From a virus (lineage: Duplodnaviria; Caudoviricetes): a stretch of DNA of 46,651 nt. Below the pieces are notes generated by a model, which saw only the letters and a list, made by a program, of their open reading frames with translations, was not told the DNA's origin and ran no database searches. Numbering within the stretch: position 1 is the first letter of the stretch; every line of letters begins with the position of its first letter. Positions 1 to 8,301 of the stretch are shown in pieces. Position numbers and translations under genes: made by a program. The stretch spans positions 1 through 46,651 of the IMG/VR virus record IMGVR_UViG_3300016474_000913. One strand, 5' to 3'.

Positions 1-72
1 GCTAACCTGTATTTCAGAAGCTCGTCGGGTTGGATACAGGTAAACAGAATCTAAGTCATCTGACTTCCACAT
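1..72 (-). CDS. Hypothetical protein, partial (runs off the window start)
   Basis: GGAG upstream of the ATG at 72; open frame MWKSDDLDSVYLYPTRRASEIQVS to position 1. Confidence 0.5.
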   Translation of the reverse strand, partial: MWKSDDLDSVYLYPTRRASEIQVS

Positions 73-359
73 GTTTTTTCTCCTGTGGCTTTTTCGATAG
101 CGTCAAAGGCCATCGCAGCAGAGCTTGGTGGTATTTGGTAAGAGCCCGCCACGTGTGCTGCATGAAGGTCTTCCATTACTTCTTTAATTGCTGCCAATAA
201 ATCAGGGGCTGCGGCAATGAGGCGAGCATCTGCCTCAGCTTGCTCATTCAAGGAAGGATCTATTGTGCTTTTGAATACCTGACAAATGCGGTACTCATCT
301 GTCTTTACAAGGTATTTGCTTTTGGAAGATATTCTCCACGGTCCTGGTGTATGGCTCAT
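51..359 (-). CDS. Conserved phage hypothetical protein (HTPGPW...DARLIAAAP type)
   Basis: N-terminal HTPGPW and EADARLIAAAPDLL motifs, typical of a common phage family; GGAG RBS. Confidence 0.8.
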   Translation of the reverse strand: MSHTPGPWRISSKSKYLVKTDEYRICQVFKSTIDPSLNEQAEADARLIAAAPDLLAAIKEVMEDLHAAHVAGSYQIPPSSAAMAFDAIEKATGEKTCGSQMT

Positions 360-389
360 GATGGTTCTCCAAGGGTTAAAAGGTATTGC

Positions 390-827
390 CTATTCCTCAC
401 ACTCATCGGCATAGGCGTAATAGTGCTTTGTCTCATCCAATAGCACTTTCCCTGCCTTGCATTCGTATTTACCCTTGAAGCCTGCCCCCGCTTCCCAATA
501 GTTCAGGGTAAAGGTAAGCAGTGGAAACCGGGTACTGATCTCCTGTATTCCACTTACGGGGGGAGACCAGGCAGTGTCAAAGCAGTAAACAACCTTGGCA
601 GAGTCCTGTGTTGTGTCTGATTCCAGCACATCGGAAATTTGAGCATCCCATTTGGTGCCCCAGTTTGTAACACGCCAGTCGTACCAGTCCTCGGAATCAG
701 GACAGGGGTACAAGGATTCCAGACTAAAAGCCTGTTCCTCTTCCTTACCCCTGGCTTGTTCCATAAACCTCACCAAAGAATCTTTCTTACCTACCACCGT
801 CAGTTTGTTCTCGCACCAGTTTGGCAT
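390..827 (-). CDS. DUF1281/YubB-like ferredoxin-fold protein
   Basis: MPNWCEN, DWYDWRVTNWGTKWD and FDTAWSPP motifs. Confidence 0.8.
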   Translation of the reverse strand: MPNWCENKLTVVGKKDSLVRFMEQARGKEEEQAFSLESLYPCPDSEDWYDWRVTNWGTKWDAQISDVLESDTTQDSAKVVYCFDTAWSPPVSGIQEISTRFPLLTFTLNYWEAGAGFKGKYECKAGKVLLDETKHYYAYADECEE

Positions 828-836
828 AACCTTCTC

Positions 837-980
837 CTACCATTGGGTCTTGAGGTTCACCCCGAGATTGATCTTCTGCACCACCTGAGGATCGTGGGGG
901 TACACGTCCGTCCCGGCGTGGGTGTCCAGAGTCCTGGAACACCCTGCCAGGCAGAGGGTGAGCAGTAACACGCAGCGCAT
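837..980 (-). CDS. Small lipoprotein, 47 aa (not in the ORF track)
   Basis: MRCVLLLTLCLAGC lipobox; ends VNLKTQW; fills the gap between neighbouring genes. Confidence 0.65.
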   Translation of the reverse strand: MRCVLLLTLCLAGCSRTLDTHAGTDVYPHDPQVVQKINLGVNLKTQW

Positions 981-984
981 GTTC

Positions 985-1158
985 TTACTCCTGGTCGTTC
1001 ATAAAAGCATTGATTACTTGGCGCAATCGTTTCCACTCAGAGTCCGACATATCCATCTGATGGGCAAAGTAACTTGAAGCGGCCGGCTCTTTTAATACAG
1101 TCCTGGCAATCTCCAGGCACGTGACAAGGTCGCTGGAGGTCATGGAGTTAGACTTCAT
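985..1158 (-). CDS. Hypothetical protein, 57 aa
   Basis: C-terminal part of ORF 985..1323 from MKSNS; GGAGG upstream. Confidence 0.6.
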   Translation of the reverse strand: MKSNSMTSSDLVTCLEIARTVLKEPAASSYFAHQMDMSDSEWKRLRQVINAFMNDQE

Positions 1159-1597
1159 CCTTCGCCTCCATGTCGGTGGTGATGTCAAAGGAATGAGTAT
1201 TGACTTCGATGTAGCGCTTATTGATCTCCAGCTTAATTTCCACGGGGTCCAGGGTGATTTCCATATGCCCATACCCGCCGTCGTTGTTGTACCAGTCGAT
1301 GCCTGTTTCCTCGAGAACCTCATAGCAAAAGGTTTCGAGGGCTTCTGAGACGGGAAACATTTTGACTTTTACTTCCTCAATACGCTTGTTGCCTTCCCAA
1401 CGAGAAGAAGAGATTGCATAAGGAACTTCAAACGAGGGATCCACACGAGCGTGATCTTCTTTGTAAATGTATACCCCTTCAATGGCTCCATCATCTCCCG
1501 ACCCGTCAAACCAAATAAGAACTTCCTTTGCCCCTGCTTCCCTGAGCCGTTCCAGAATGTGTTTCAAATGCTTCTTGTTGTCTTCAATCTTGAACAT
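1148..1597 (-). CDS. DUF6878-like protein
   Basis: FDGSGDDGAIE and DWYNNDGGYG motifs. Confidence 0.7.
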   Translation of the reverse strand: MFKIEDNKKHLKHILERLREAGAKEVLIWFDGSGDDGAIEGVYIYKEDHARVDPSFEVPYAISSSRWEGNKRIEEVKVKMFPVSEALETFCYEVLEETGIDWYNNDGGYGHMEITLDPVEIKLEINKRYIEVNTHSFDITTDMEAKDEV

Positions 1598-1609
1598 TGG
1601 ACAATCCTT

Positions 1610-1825
1610 CTAGGAGGCTTCTTCCCCCGGTTCGTAGACACCGTTCCACGAACCCACGTTGGAACTTTTCAAGGTGCACTTGGGATCATTGGTCTCCAGC
1701 AGCCGGGCCCGTGTCCCGTCCTCGCAGTCCAGCAGAAAGGAAAAGTCTATCTGGTCCATGGCGTTCTGCATGTTAGGGGCGACAACTTCCACCCTGCGCA
1801 CAATCTCAAAGGAATACTTGTACAT
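1610..1825 (-). CDS. Hypothetical protein
   Basis: GGAG then ATG (MYKYSF); tightly packed in the operon. Confidence 0.55.
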   Translation of the reverse strand: MYKYSFEIVRRVEVVAPNMQNAMDQIDFSFLLDCEDGTRARLLETNDPKCTLKSSNVGSWNGVYEPGEEAS

Positions 1826-1916
1826 AAAGGACTCCAATCCGTGGTGTAGATTTTTTACATATTAGGCGATTAAAAAACTATTTCCAGCTTTGCAGTCTAA
1901 TTTTTCCAGCCCTGTC

Positions 1917-2276
1917 CTACTCTTCATCTTCCGTGTCTGCCAGCTCCAGCTTCTGGGGTGCACCCTTTTCTACGTTCACAACGTGCCACCACTCATCCGC
2001 TGTCACCGTCATCTTCTCCAGGTCATAGACCACCTTGTCCCCGTAGCGGCTTCCATCCCCTGCGCCGCTGTAGTCGTACGCATCCCAGACCCACTCTTCT
2101 ATCTTCTGTGCAAACCTTTCGTCGTATACCCGATCACCCTTTTGATCACAAAAATCTATTTGAAGGCAGCCCTCGTCATCCCCACCCTCGAACTCCAGCC
2201 TAATCACTTGGATCTTTTTCTGAAGCGCCTTGTCATACAGTTTCCTGGGCAGCGGCATCGGATCGTGTTTCAGCAT
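1917..2276 (-). CDS. Distant DUF6878-like protein
   Basis: LEFEGGDDEG and YDYSGAGDGSRYG resemble the motifs of 1148..1597; AGGAGG RBS. Confidence 0.7.
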   Translation of the reverse strand: MLKHDPMPLPRKLYDKALQKKIQVIRLEFEGGDDEGCLQIDFCDQKGDRVYDERFAQKIEEWVWDAYDYSGAGDGSRYGDKVVYDLEKMTVTADEWWHVVNVEKGAPQKLELADTEDEE

Positions 2277-2319
2277 GGTTTATTCCTCCTAAGGTTTTTA
2301 ATCCGCAAGGTTGTAAGAA

Positions 2320-2441
2320 GTGTCAGTTGGCAGGCCACAGGGGACGACCTTCCCCCGTTGGAGTTGGAGCGGGCTTGCGTTGAGTCTACTGTACGCCTCA
2401 GCCTGCCGGCAGAGCTTATGAACCACACTCCGCCCTGACAC
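2320..2441 (-). ncRNA. Candidate structured RNA (three-way junction), family unknown
   Basis: Three abutting 7-bp stems in an intergenic gap: GTGTCAG/CTGACAC, GGCGGAG/CTCTGCC, GGCAGGC/GCCTGCC. Confidence 0.45.
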
Positions 2442-2445
2442 GCCC

Positions 2446-2667
2446 CTAGTCCGGGAAGATCCGGATCGACCCTTCCCGAAAAGACACAAAGACGCTGAGG
2501 GAAATTTTCCCCACCATCGGCAGCGCCGGGTTGCTCCCCCGGCACCAGCAGTTGACCCGATACCGATCCCCCCAGAGGTGGTGCACGTCTGTGCGGATCA
2601 GACCCTCCGGCTTCTCCACCTGGGCAAAGACCTGGTTGACCAGCAGCTTCTCGACGTTGAGGGTCAT
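2446..2667 (-). CDS. Hypothetical protein (LWxDRYRVN type)
   Basis: AAGGAGG RBS; VHHLWGDRYRVNCW...ISLSVFV. Confidence 0.7.
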   Translation of the reverse strand: MTLNVEKLLVNQVFAQVEKPEGLIRTDVHHLWGDRYRVNCWCRGSNPALPMVGKISLSVFVSFREGSIRIFPD

Positions 2668-2692
2668 CACGTTGTCCTCCTTGACTTTTGTT

Positions 2693-3013
2693 TCAGTCAC
2701 CGCAGTCACCTCCGTCCCAGCCGCCATCCATCCCGTCATCGAAACCGTCCCAGTCCCCCTGCCCCTCCCAATCCATGTCCACGTTGCACATCCCGTCCCA
2801 CCCGTCCACCTCCGGAAAGCAGCTCTCCTCGAGCACCGCATCAAACCCATTGTCCTCAAAGACCCCGTGGCTCTCCTCGAAGTCTTCCGTCTCCACCTCC
2901 TCCGGTGCCCATCCCCTGCCGTCCCACAGCTTGCCCTTCTTCTTTTCCTCGCCCCCAAGGTTGAGGTTCAAACTTGTGGCGATGCTTCTCAGCCACCCGA
3001 ACAGTCCGCCCAT
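2693..3013 (-). CDS. Acidic D/G-rich hypothetical protein
   Basis: AAGGAG RBS before MGGLFG; low-complexity acidic C-terminus. Confidence 0.55.
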   Translation of the reverse strand: MGGLFGWLRSIATSLNLNLGGEEKKKGKLWDGRGWAPEEVETEDFEESHGVFEDNGFDAVLEESCFPEVDGWDGMCNVDMDWEGQGDWDGFDDGMDGGWDGGDCGD

Positions 3014-3195
3014 GGCTTCTCCTTTGCGTATGTATTGATCAGCTCCCACTCCACGTACCATTCCCCGTCCCTACCCCGGTACCAGGGGATCCTTTCCAGG
3101 ACCTCCCCGCCACCCCGCACCAGCCGCAGCCGCCTGACCGCCACCGTGCGCAACCTGTTTCCTTCCCTGTCCCGGAGCCCTGGCTCCTCCATCAT
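2989..3195 (-). CDS. Hypothetical protein
   Basis: ATGA overlap with the upstream gene; GGAGG RBS. Confidence 0.55.
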   Translation of the reverse strand: MMEEPGLRDREGNRLRTVAVRRLRLVRGGGEVLERIPWYRGRDGEWYVEWELINTYAKEKPWADCSGG

Positions 3196-3497
3196 GACTC
3201 CACCTCCCCCAGGTAGTCCTCGGCCTCGAGGCAGACCCAGCCCTTCTCCGGCGCTTCCAACTGCTCGTAGGCCCGGCTGCCCTCAGCCACCACGACCTCC
3301 ACCAGCTCCGCCTCCTGCCAGTCCACCTTGGCGTTCTTGCGGGCCAGGTACTCGAGGATCACCTGCTCGGCCTCCCCGTCCACCAGCGCCTTGCCCTTCG
3401 CCATCGGGAACCGGATCTTGTAGAACTGGAACTCCTGTCCCACGTCGTCCCCGTTGCCATCCGTCCGTGTCACCAGTGCCGCATACTTGGTAGTCAT
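3192..3497 (-). CDS. Hypothetical protein
   Basis: AAGGAG RBS; GC-biased third codon positions. Confidence 0.65.
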   Translation of the reverse strand: MTTKYAALVTRTDGNGDDVGQEFQFYKIRFPMAKGKALVDGEAEQVILEYLARKNAKVDWQEAELVEVVVAEGSRAYEQLEAPEKGWVCLEAEDYLGEVES

Positions 3498-3512
3498 CCC
3501 TGACTCCTTTCG

Positions 3513-3860
3513 TTAGAAGGTTACAACCCGCACGGGTTTGTGCATCTTGTTCATCTTGTCGATCATGTCCTTGGTGCCCCGGCTCTTGCCGTCCCAGAAC
3601 GCCACCAGCGCATCGGCGATCATGGCCATCTCCCCGTTGCGGATGAAGCCTGCCGCCTTGCCCTGCCGTTCCCAGTCCGCCGGCTTCTCAATGACCCCGT
3701 GGCCCCTGGCCAGCGCCCACTCCTTCCCGATCAAGTCGGCTCCCGTGGCCATGCCACAGACCACCGTGACCGTTTGACGATGGGCCGTAAAAAAGTCCAG
3801 TCTCTCGAACGCCATTTCCCGGTCCGCAAACGACCGGCTTCCCGCAACAATGAGTTTCAT
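3513..3860 (-). CDS. SLOG superfamily (DUF2493/YspA-like) nucleotide-binding protein
   Basis: MKLIVAGSR, VCGMATGAD, ADW..GKAAGFIRN and AFWDGKSRGT motifs. Confidence 0.85.
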   Translation of the reverse strand: MKLIVAGSRSFADREMAFERLDFFTAHRQTVTVVCGMATGADLIGKEWALARGHGVIEKPADWERQGKAAGFIRNGEMAMIADALVAFWDGKSRGTKDMIDKMNKMHKPVRVVTF

Positions 3861-3927
3861 TGCCAAGTCCTCCCTTGGTATACTCTATTGTAGATCCCAA
3901 TTGTAGCAAGCATAGATCGGAGCGCCC

Positions 3928-4290
3928 ATGGGATACCTACGTGACCTGATTCAGGGAACCCCTGCCCGTTCTCCGCACTGGCCCAAGGCCCGTGCCGAGC
4001 ATCTCAAGCGCCAGCCTGCCTGCGCCGCCTGCGGTGGCACCTCGAAGCTTGAAGTGCACCACATCATCCCGTTCTCCAGTCCCCACGGAAGGGACCACGA
4101 GCTGGATCCCCTGAACCTCCTGACCCTGTGTGAGGCCGGACCCAACTGCCACCTCACCTTCGGTCACCTGCGGGACTGGAAGAAGTGCAACCCCATGGTG
4201 GTCAAGGACTCCGCCCTGTACCTTTCCCGCTTGCAACAGTACCGCTATCCCCCCGCCGCTTCTCCATCACCCGCACCACCGGCAAAGTAA
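3928..4290 (+). CDS. HNH endonuclease
   Basis: CAAC...LEVHHIIP...NLLTLC...CH pattern. Confidence 0.85.
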   Translation: MGYLRDLIQGTPARSPHWPKARAEHLKRQPACAACGGTSKLEVHHIIPFSSPHGRDHELDPLNLLTLCEAGPNCHLTFGHLRDWKKCNPMVVKDSALYLSRLQQYRYPPAASPSPAPPAK

Positions 4291-4585
4291 ACCCCTCGTA
4301 CTCGATCCCCCGCTTGGTGGAGATCTCCAGGTGCTGTCCCTCCAAGGTCTTGGCTAGTCCCTTGGTGCAGCCCCAGTCCCTTGCCGCAAACATTCCCCGG
4401 GGCATCATCACCTCGGGGATGTCCACGCTCAGGTGGGCGAACGGTTCCCACGCCTTGAAGGAGTCGCGCACCTCCACGTCCACCCGGTCATTGCCGGACG
4501 GGTAGGAGCTGCGCACCAGCCTTCCCTGGTACGTGACTCCCAGGTAGCGGAACCGGACGTTGCCAATCTTAGAACGCTGGCTCAT
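4202..4585 (-). CDS. Hypothetical protein (possibly DUF4313-like)
   Basis: GGAG RBS; EPFAHLSVDIP motif; convergent overlap with the HNH gene. Confidence 0.55.
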   Translation of the reverse strand: MSQRSKIGNVRFRYLGVTYQGRLVRSSYPSGNDRVDVEVRDSFKAWEPFAHLSVDIPEVMMPRGMFAARDWGCTKGLAKTLEGQHLEISTKRGIEYEGFTLPVVRVMEKRRGDSGTVASGKGTGRSP

Positions 4586-5015
4586 CAGGATACTCCCCGT
4601 CTTTTTGTTTTCGATTCCTGACTGCCATGAGAACACTCTGGTCGGTAAGCACCCATCTGTTGATGGATTTCAGCAGGCTGGCAATCAGTTCGGGCGGATG
4701 GTTGTGCAGGAGGGCATGGTAAAGCAGCCGAATCCGGTTGAGAGACTTGACCCTTGAATGCACAAGGATGGCCCTTTCATCCTCGGACATTCCGTCCACA
4801 TTAATCTTGCAGATGCTTTCCAGTACCCTGTTGCAGGGAAGACAGACCATGGCGGTTCCCGTCTCGCTGCTTGGCCATTCGTGTACCATCAACCTTTTCT
4901 TTTTCATGCAGCACAGGGCGCACTTGCCCCGTACCTTCTCCTGTCCTTTCAACGCCCCCACGCTTTCCCTGACCCACTCAAGAAACATTGGGTGGTTCAT
5001 CAAGTCCTCCGTCAT
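4569..5015 (-). CDS. Zn-binding hypothetical protein
   Basis: CALC...H...CLPC; AAAGGA RBS; start uncertain. Confidence 0.6.
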   Translation of the reverse strand: MTEDLMNHPMFLEWVRESVGALKGQEKVRGKCALCCMKKKRLMVHEWPSSETGTAMVCLPCNRVLESICKINVDGMSEDERAILVHSRVKSLNRIRLLYHALLHNHPPELIASLLKSINRWVLTDQSVLMAVRNRKQKDGEYPDEPAF

Positions 5016-5232
5016 AGTCCATGTCCTTTCGGTTTCGGGTGTGCCGTCGTTCCAAGTCCACGGCTTCCCGAAGGGCCGCATGAACTTTTCTACGCCCCTC
5101 CTTGACCAGCTTTTCGACCTGCTTGCACAGCTCTGGCTTCCTGCGGTTCTTCTCGCAGATCAGGATCTTGAGCGTGAGCAGCACATCATCCGCTGTCTCC
5201 AGTCCCTCGAGTATGGTGCGTGCGTTGGCCAT
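4978..5232 (-). CDS. Hypothetical protein
   Basis: AGGAGG RBS; helical and basic. Confidence 0.6.
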   Translation of the reverse strand: MANARTILEGLETADDVLLTLKILICEKNRRKPELCKQVEKLVKEGRRKVHAALREAVDLERRHTRNRKDMDYDGGLDEPPNVS

Positions 5233-5241
5233 CCCTGCCTC

Positions 5242-5439
5242 CTATGCCACGATGCTGGCGAAGTCCCATGCCCTCGCCACCTTGTCCAGTCCCACCAGGG
5301 TCCCGTACAGTTCCCGGACAATGTCTTCCTCCGCTGGCAGCCCCACCAGACCCCGGGCCCGCAGCTTCCGTACCATCCGCTTGGTGGCGATCTCCAGAAC
5401 CCTGCGGGCTTTCTCCTGCCGGCTACGCTTCCTGCGCAT
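5242..5439 (-). CDS. Hypothetical protein
   Basis: AGGAG RBS; basic. Confidence 0.55.
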   Translation of the reverse strand: MRRKRSRQEKARRVLEIATKRMVRKLRARGLVGLPAEEDIVRELYGTLVGLDKVARAWDFASIVA

Positions 5440-5449
5440 GGTTGTTCTC

Positions 5450-5659
5450 CTAGTCCCGTTTGCCTTTGAGAGGCAGGATCTTCTTGCGCCCCTCTTCCCT
5501 CACGATCTCCCGCAGCTTGTCCCGCACCCGGTCGGCCTGCGGGTCAAGGTCCTTGTAGCGGTCCAGCGTGTTGAGGATATGCACCCAGTGAATCATGGGC
5601 AGGGAGAGTTGCATCTTGATCTTGCGGTCTTGCATAAGGCTGTTCATCAAAGTTAACAT
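5450..5659 (-). CDS. Hypothetical protein
   Basis: GGAG before MLTLMN; start uncertain. Confidence 0.45.
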   Translation of the reverse strand: MLTLMNSLMQDRKIKMQLSLPMIHWVHILNTLDRYKDLDPQADRVRDKLREIVREEGRKKILPLKGKRD

Positions 5660-5779
5660 TTGGAATCTCCATAATATTAAACGGAATTTGTTCCCTGTCA
5701 AACACCTCTTGCCTCGCCTCCGAGATGTCCCGGGCGCAGACATCCCAGAGCGAGCCGTCCCACTCGTAGCGGTAGTGCC

Positions 5780-6094
5780 TCAGTCCACGCATGGCAGCAC
5801 CTCCCACGCCAACTGTCCCATCTTCTCCAGGAAGCCGTTGAGCTTCTCGGGCACCTGGTCCGGGTTGAAGTGGTACTGGAATTTCAGGATCTCCCCCTGC
5901 CAGTGGTACATGCGAAACACGTACTGGCTTTCCCCGTCGTGGTACTCCACCTCGATATAAGGATCCTTGATCAGGTCGGGTCCGCTGGCCGTGTTTTTCT
6001 CCACGGGCTCACGCACAGGCTCCAGCTTGCCTTCCCCTTCCAGTTGGGGTTCTTGCGCACCTTGATCCAGCCCAGTCCAATCATGCCTGTCCAT
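5780..6094 (-). CDS. Hypothetical protein (true start may be further downstream)
   Basis: C-terminal half has globular-like composition; overlaps the next ORF. Confidence 0.45.
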   Translation of the reverse strand: MDRHDWTGLDQGAQEPQLEGEGKLEPVREPVEKNTASGPDLIKDPYIEVEYHDGESQYVFRMYHWQGEILKFQYHFNPDQVPEKLNGFLEKMGQLAWEVLPCVD

Positions 6095-6318
6095 CCCTCA
6101 TCTCCTTCCTCGTCGAGTTCGCAAAGTGTGGTGAATGTGACATCCTCCCGGCTCATGAACGCCAGCCGGGCTTTCTTGAGACCCTGAATGCCGGGGAAGA
6201 CGAAGACCCGCACGGTCTCCGTCAACGCCCCCCAAAGGTTGCCCTTCGGGGAGCGTCGCAGCGTGGTCAGGGGAACCATCTCCTCCCGGGGATAGACCCC
6301 GTGTTCTACGCATAGCAT
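5971..6318 (-). CDS. Hypothetical protein
   Basis: AAGGAG RBS before MLCVEH. Confidence 0.55.
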   Translation of the reverse strand: MLCVEHGVYPREEMVPLTTLRRSPKGNLWGALTETVRVFVFPGIQGLKKARLAFMSREDVTFTTLCELDEEGDEGWTGMIGLGWIKVRKNPNWKGKASWSLCVSPWRKTRPADPT

Positions 6319-8042
6319 GGGAGAGCGCTCCTTCTCTTCCGAGGTTGGGGATTCTGGGTCTTGGCATAGAGGATGGCGTGCTTCAGGTTCACCGTGGCTC
6401 CCTTGGGAACCCGCAGGATCTCCATGGACTCCCATCCCAATGCCGGACACTCGTCCCTCACCTTGCGAAGGTGCTGCTCCCTTGCGACCTTCGGAGCCTG
6501 GCTGAGCATGAACTCCTCCACGATCCTGTCGGTCTCTTCCCGTGTTTCCTCGTAGACCTCGACGGCCTTGCTGGGCATGCGTTCCCTGGCCTTGTCTAGA
6601 GCCGCCTTCATGCCCCACTCCCGTGGCAGCACTTGCCACCAGCCTTTGAAGATCGCCTTGTACTCGAGCGAGATCTGCTCCAGCAGGAAACGGTGCTCGG
6701 TCCATTCCTCCTCCAGGGCCTGCATGTCCCGCTCGCTCCTGTCCTTTGTCCACTCCCGGCACAGCCAGTCCATGTGAAGGTTCCAGCTCTCGAGCCTCTG
6801 GTGATTGGCGAACAGCCGCTCGTACGCCTGCTCCAAAGTGTAGGGGGTTACGAGCATTCCCCGACGATCCCTGAGAGGTCTCCAGCCGAGGTTGATCTTC
6901 TCCACCGGCTGCCACTTTTCCTGGCGCTCAAATTCGCTGAGCCCGTTCTGAAGGTGCGCTGGCATCGGGTCGCTGTCACTCTGACCTTCCCGCTCGAGCC
7001 ACACGGGAGTGCCGTGGTTCTCGAAGCGCACATGGCTGGAGGTGCCGCAGGCCACGAAGGTGTCCACGTTCCAGTAGCCGAAGGTGCAGAAGTCCCTGCT
7101 TTCCAAGTCTCGTTTCTGGAAGTCCATGGTGACGGACTGCTTGCGGATCTGGCGGGTGCATTCGGGGTCCGTGGAAAAGTCCCCCTCGTAGTTCTCGTCC
7201 TCTTCGTAGCGCACGACACCCGGCCTTACACAGCGGGCGAGCTTGGTCGAGTCCAGGTAGTAGAGGATGGAGTCCCTGAGCGAGTTGGGCTTGGGCCTGC
7301 CGTCCTTCTCCCAGAGCTGCTCGAGTGCCGTCTCCATGACCGTCTCGATGTCCACCAGATTGCGGCGGGTCTTTACCCGTCCATCGGTGACGAGCCAGAG
7401 CAGGTAGCTGCGTGGCACCATCTCGAAGGGGAAGCCGGCAATCGTGGCCATGACACTGGCGTCGTAGGGCAGGAGCTCGAAGCACTGGCGCAGCGTGACC
7501 TTGGGGTTGCCGTTATTGTCCATGGCATACTTGCGCTGGAACCTTCCGTTGCCCATGTGCTGGGTGCCCATAATTTGCGACCAAGTTTGTCTCAAATAGT
7601 GCATCACGTCCGTGGGTCGGACGAAGCTCTCGTCGAGCAGGTTGCTGTATCTTCCGTACTGCCAATGCCTTACCTCGGAGAGTCGGAACCATGTCCTGCC
7701 CGGCCAGGTGTTTGGCATCGTAAACCATAGCCTAGAACCGTTGTCGTAAACCCTTTTCCGCAAAGACCTTAGGACGACACAACCATTTGCCTCGGAAATA
7801 CTTACGTTCCGGTTGAGCGTATGCACCCGTCCCCTGTGGCCCTCGGGGAGCAAGACCTGGATCGTGTGCCGGGTCTCGTCGGTGATGCTGGCCGCCGCCT
7901 TCTCGAGGTCGTCCCAGCCCACCACGAGGGTGTCCTCCCTGCGTACGGGCGATCCCCTTGTGACCATCCGCCACGGCACCGTGAGCTTTGCGATCCGCTC
8001 GGGTGCCATCCTCATTGCGCTTTCATGAATCAAGAGTGCCAT
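6306..8042 (-). CDS. Large hypothetical protein, 578 aa
   Basis: Long ORF; GGAGG RBS before MALLIH; no family recognised. Confidence 0.8.
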   Translation of the reverse strand: MALLIHESAMRMAPERIAKLTVPWRMVTRGSPVRREDTLVVGWDDLEKAAASITDETRHTIQVLLPEGHRGRVHTLNRNVSISEANGCVVLRSLRKRVYDNGSRLWFTMPNTWPGRTWFRLSEVRHWQYGRYSNLLDESFVRPTDVMHYLRQTWSQIMGTQHMGNGRFQRKYAMDNNGNPKVTLRQCFELLPYDASVMATIAGFPFEMVPRSYLLWLVTDGRVKTRRNLVDIETVMETALEQLWEKDGRPKPNSLRDSILYYLDSTKLARCVRPGVVRYEEDENYEGDFSTDPECTRQIRKQSVTMDFQKRDLESRDFCTFGYWNVDTFVACGTSSHVRFENHGTPVWLEREGQSDSDPMPAHLQNGLSEFERQEKWQPVEKINLGWRPLRDRRGMLVTPYTLEQAYERLFANHQRLESWNLHMDWLCREWTKDRSERDMQALEEEWTEHRFLLEQISLEYKAIFKGWWQVLPREWGMKAALDKARERMPSKAVEVYEETREETDRIVEEFMLSQAPKVAREQHLRKVRDECPALGWESMEILRVPKGATVNLKHAILYAKTQNPQPRKRRSALPCYA

Positions 8043-8105
8043 GAGTCCCTCCGTGTGTGTGAGTAGAGTGTGTGATCCCCTTGGCGAAACCCCTCGCCCC
8101 AACGA

Positions 8106-8195
8106 TCACACTTTTCCAGCGAGCCAGAACGAGCCGATCAGCAGGGTGACCTCGACCAGTCCGATCCCCGCCACAAAGAATGTGTTGATAGCCAT
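8106..8195 (-). CDS. Small hydrophobic peptide, 29 aa
   Basis: AAAGGA RBS; MAINTFFVAGIGLVEVTLLIGSFWLAGKV. Confidence 0.4.
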   Translation of the reverse strand: MAINTFFVAGIGLVEVTLLIGSFWLAGKV

Positions 8196-8227
8196 GATGC
8201 CGTGTCCTTTCTTGGGAGTGAGTGAAG

Positions 8228-8274
8228 AAAAAAAAGTCCCCTAGTCTGGCTGCTTGCGCAGAGACTAGAGGACT
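8228..8274 (-). terminator. Intrinsic terminator
   Basis: AGTCCTCTAGTCT...AGACTAGGGGACT stem followed by a T run. Confidence 0.7.
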
Positions 8275-8301
8275 GGTTTGGTTACTTAAGGGAAGCGGTT
8301 C

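Noticed and set aside
2360-2385. CGCAAGC resembling a twister-sister loop
   Set aside because: No flanking stem or other twister-sister core elements.
2531-3493. 320-aa Pro-rich plus-strand ORF and similar plus-strand ORFs in the left arm
   Set aside because: Antisense to well-packed minus-strand genes that have RBSs; low-complexity artefacts.
4555-4600. Hammerhead-like CUGAUGA followed by a GCCA/UGGC stem on the minus strand
   Set aside because: The stem is followed by AAC instead of GAAA, and the site is a gene start inside coding sequence.
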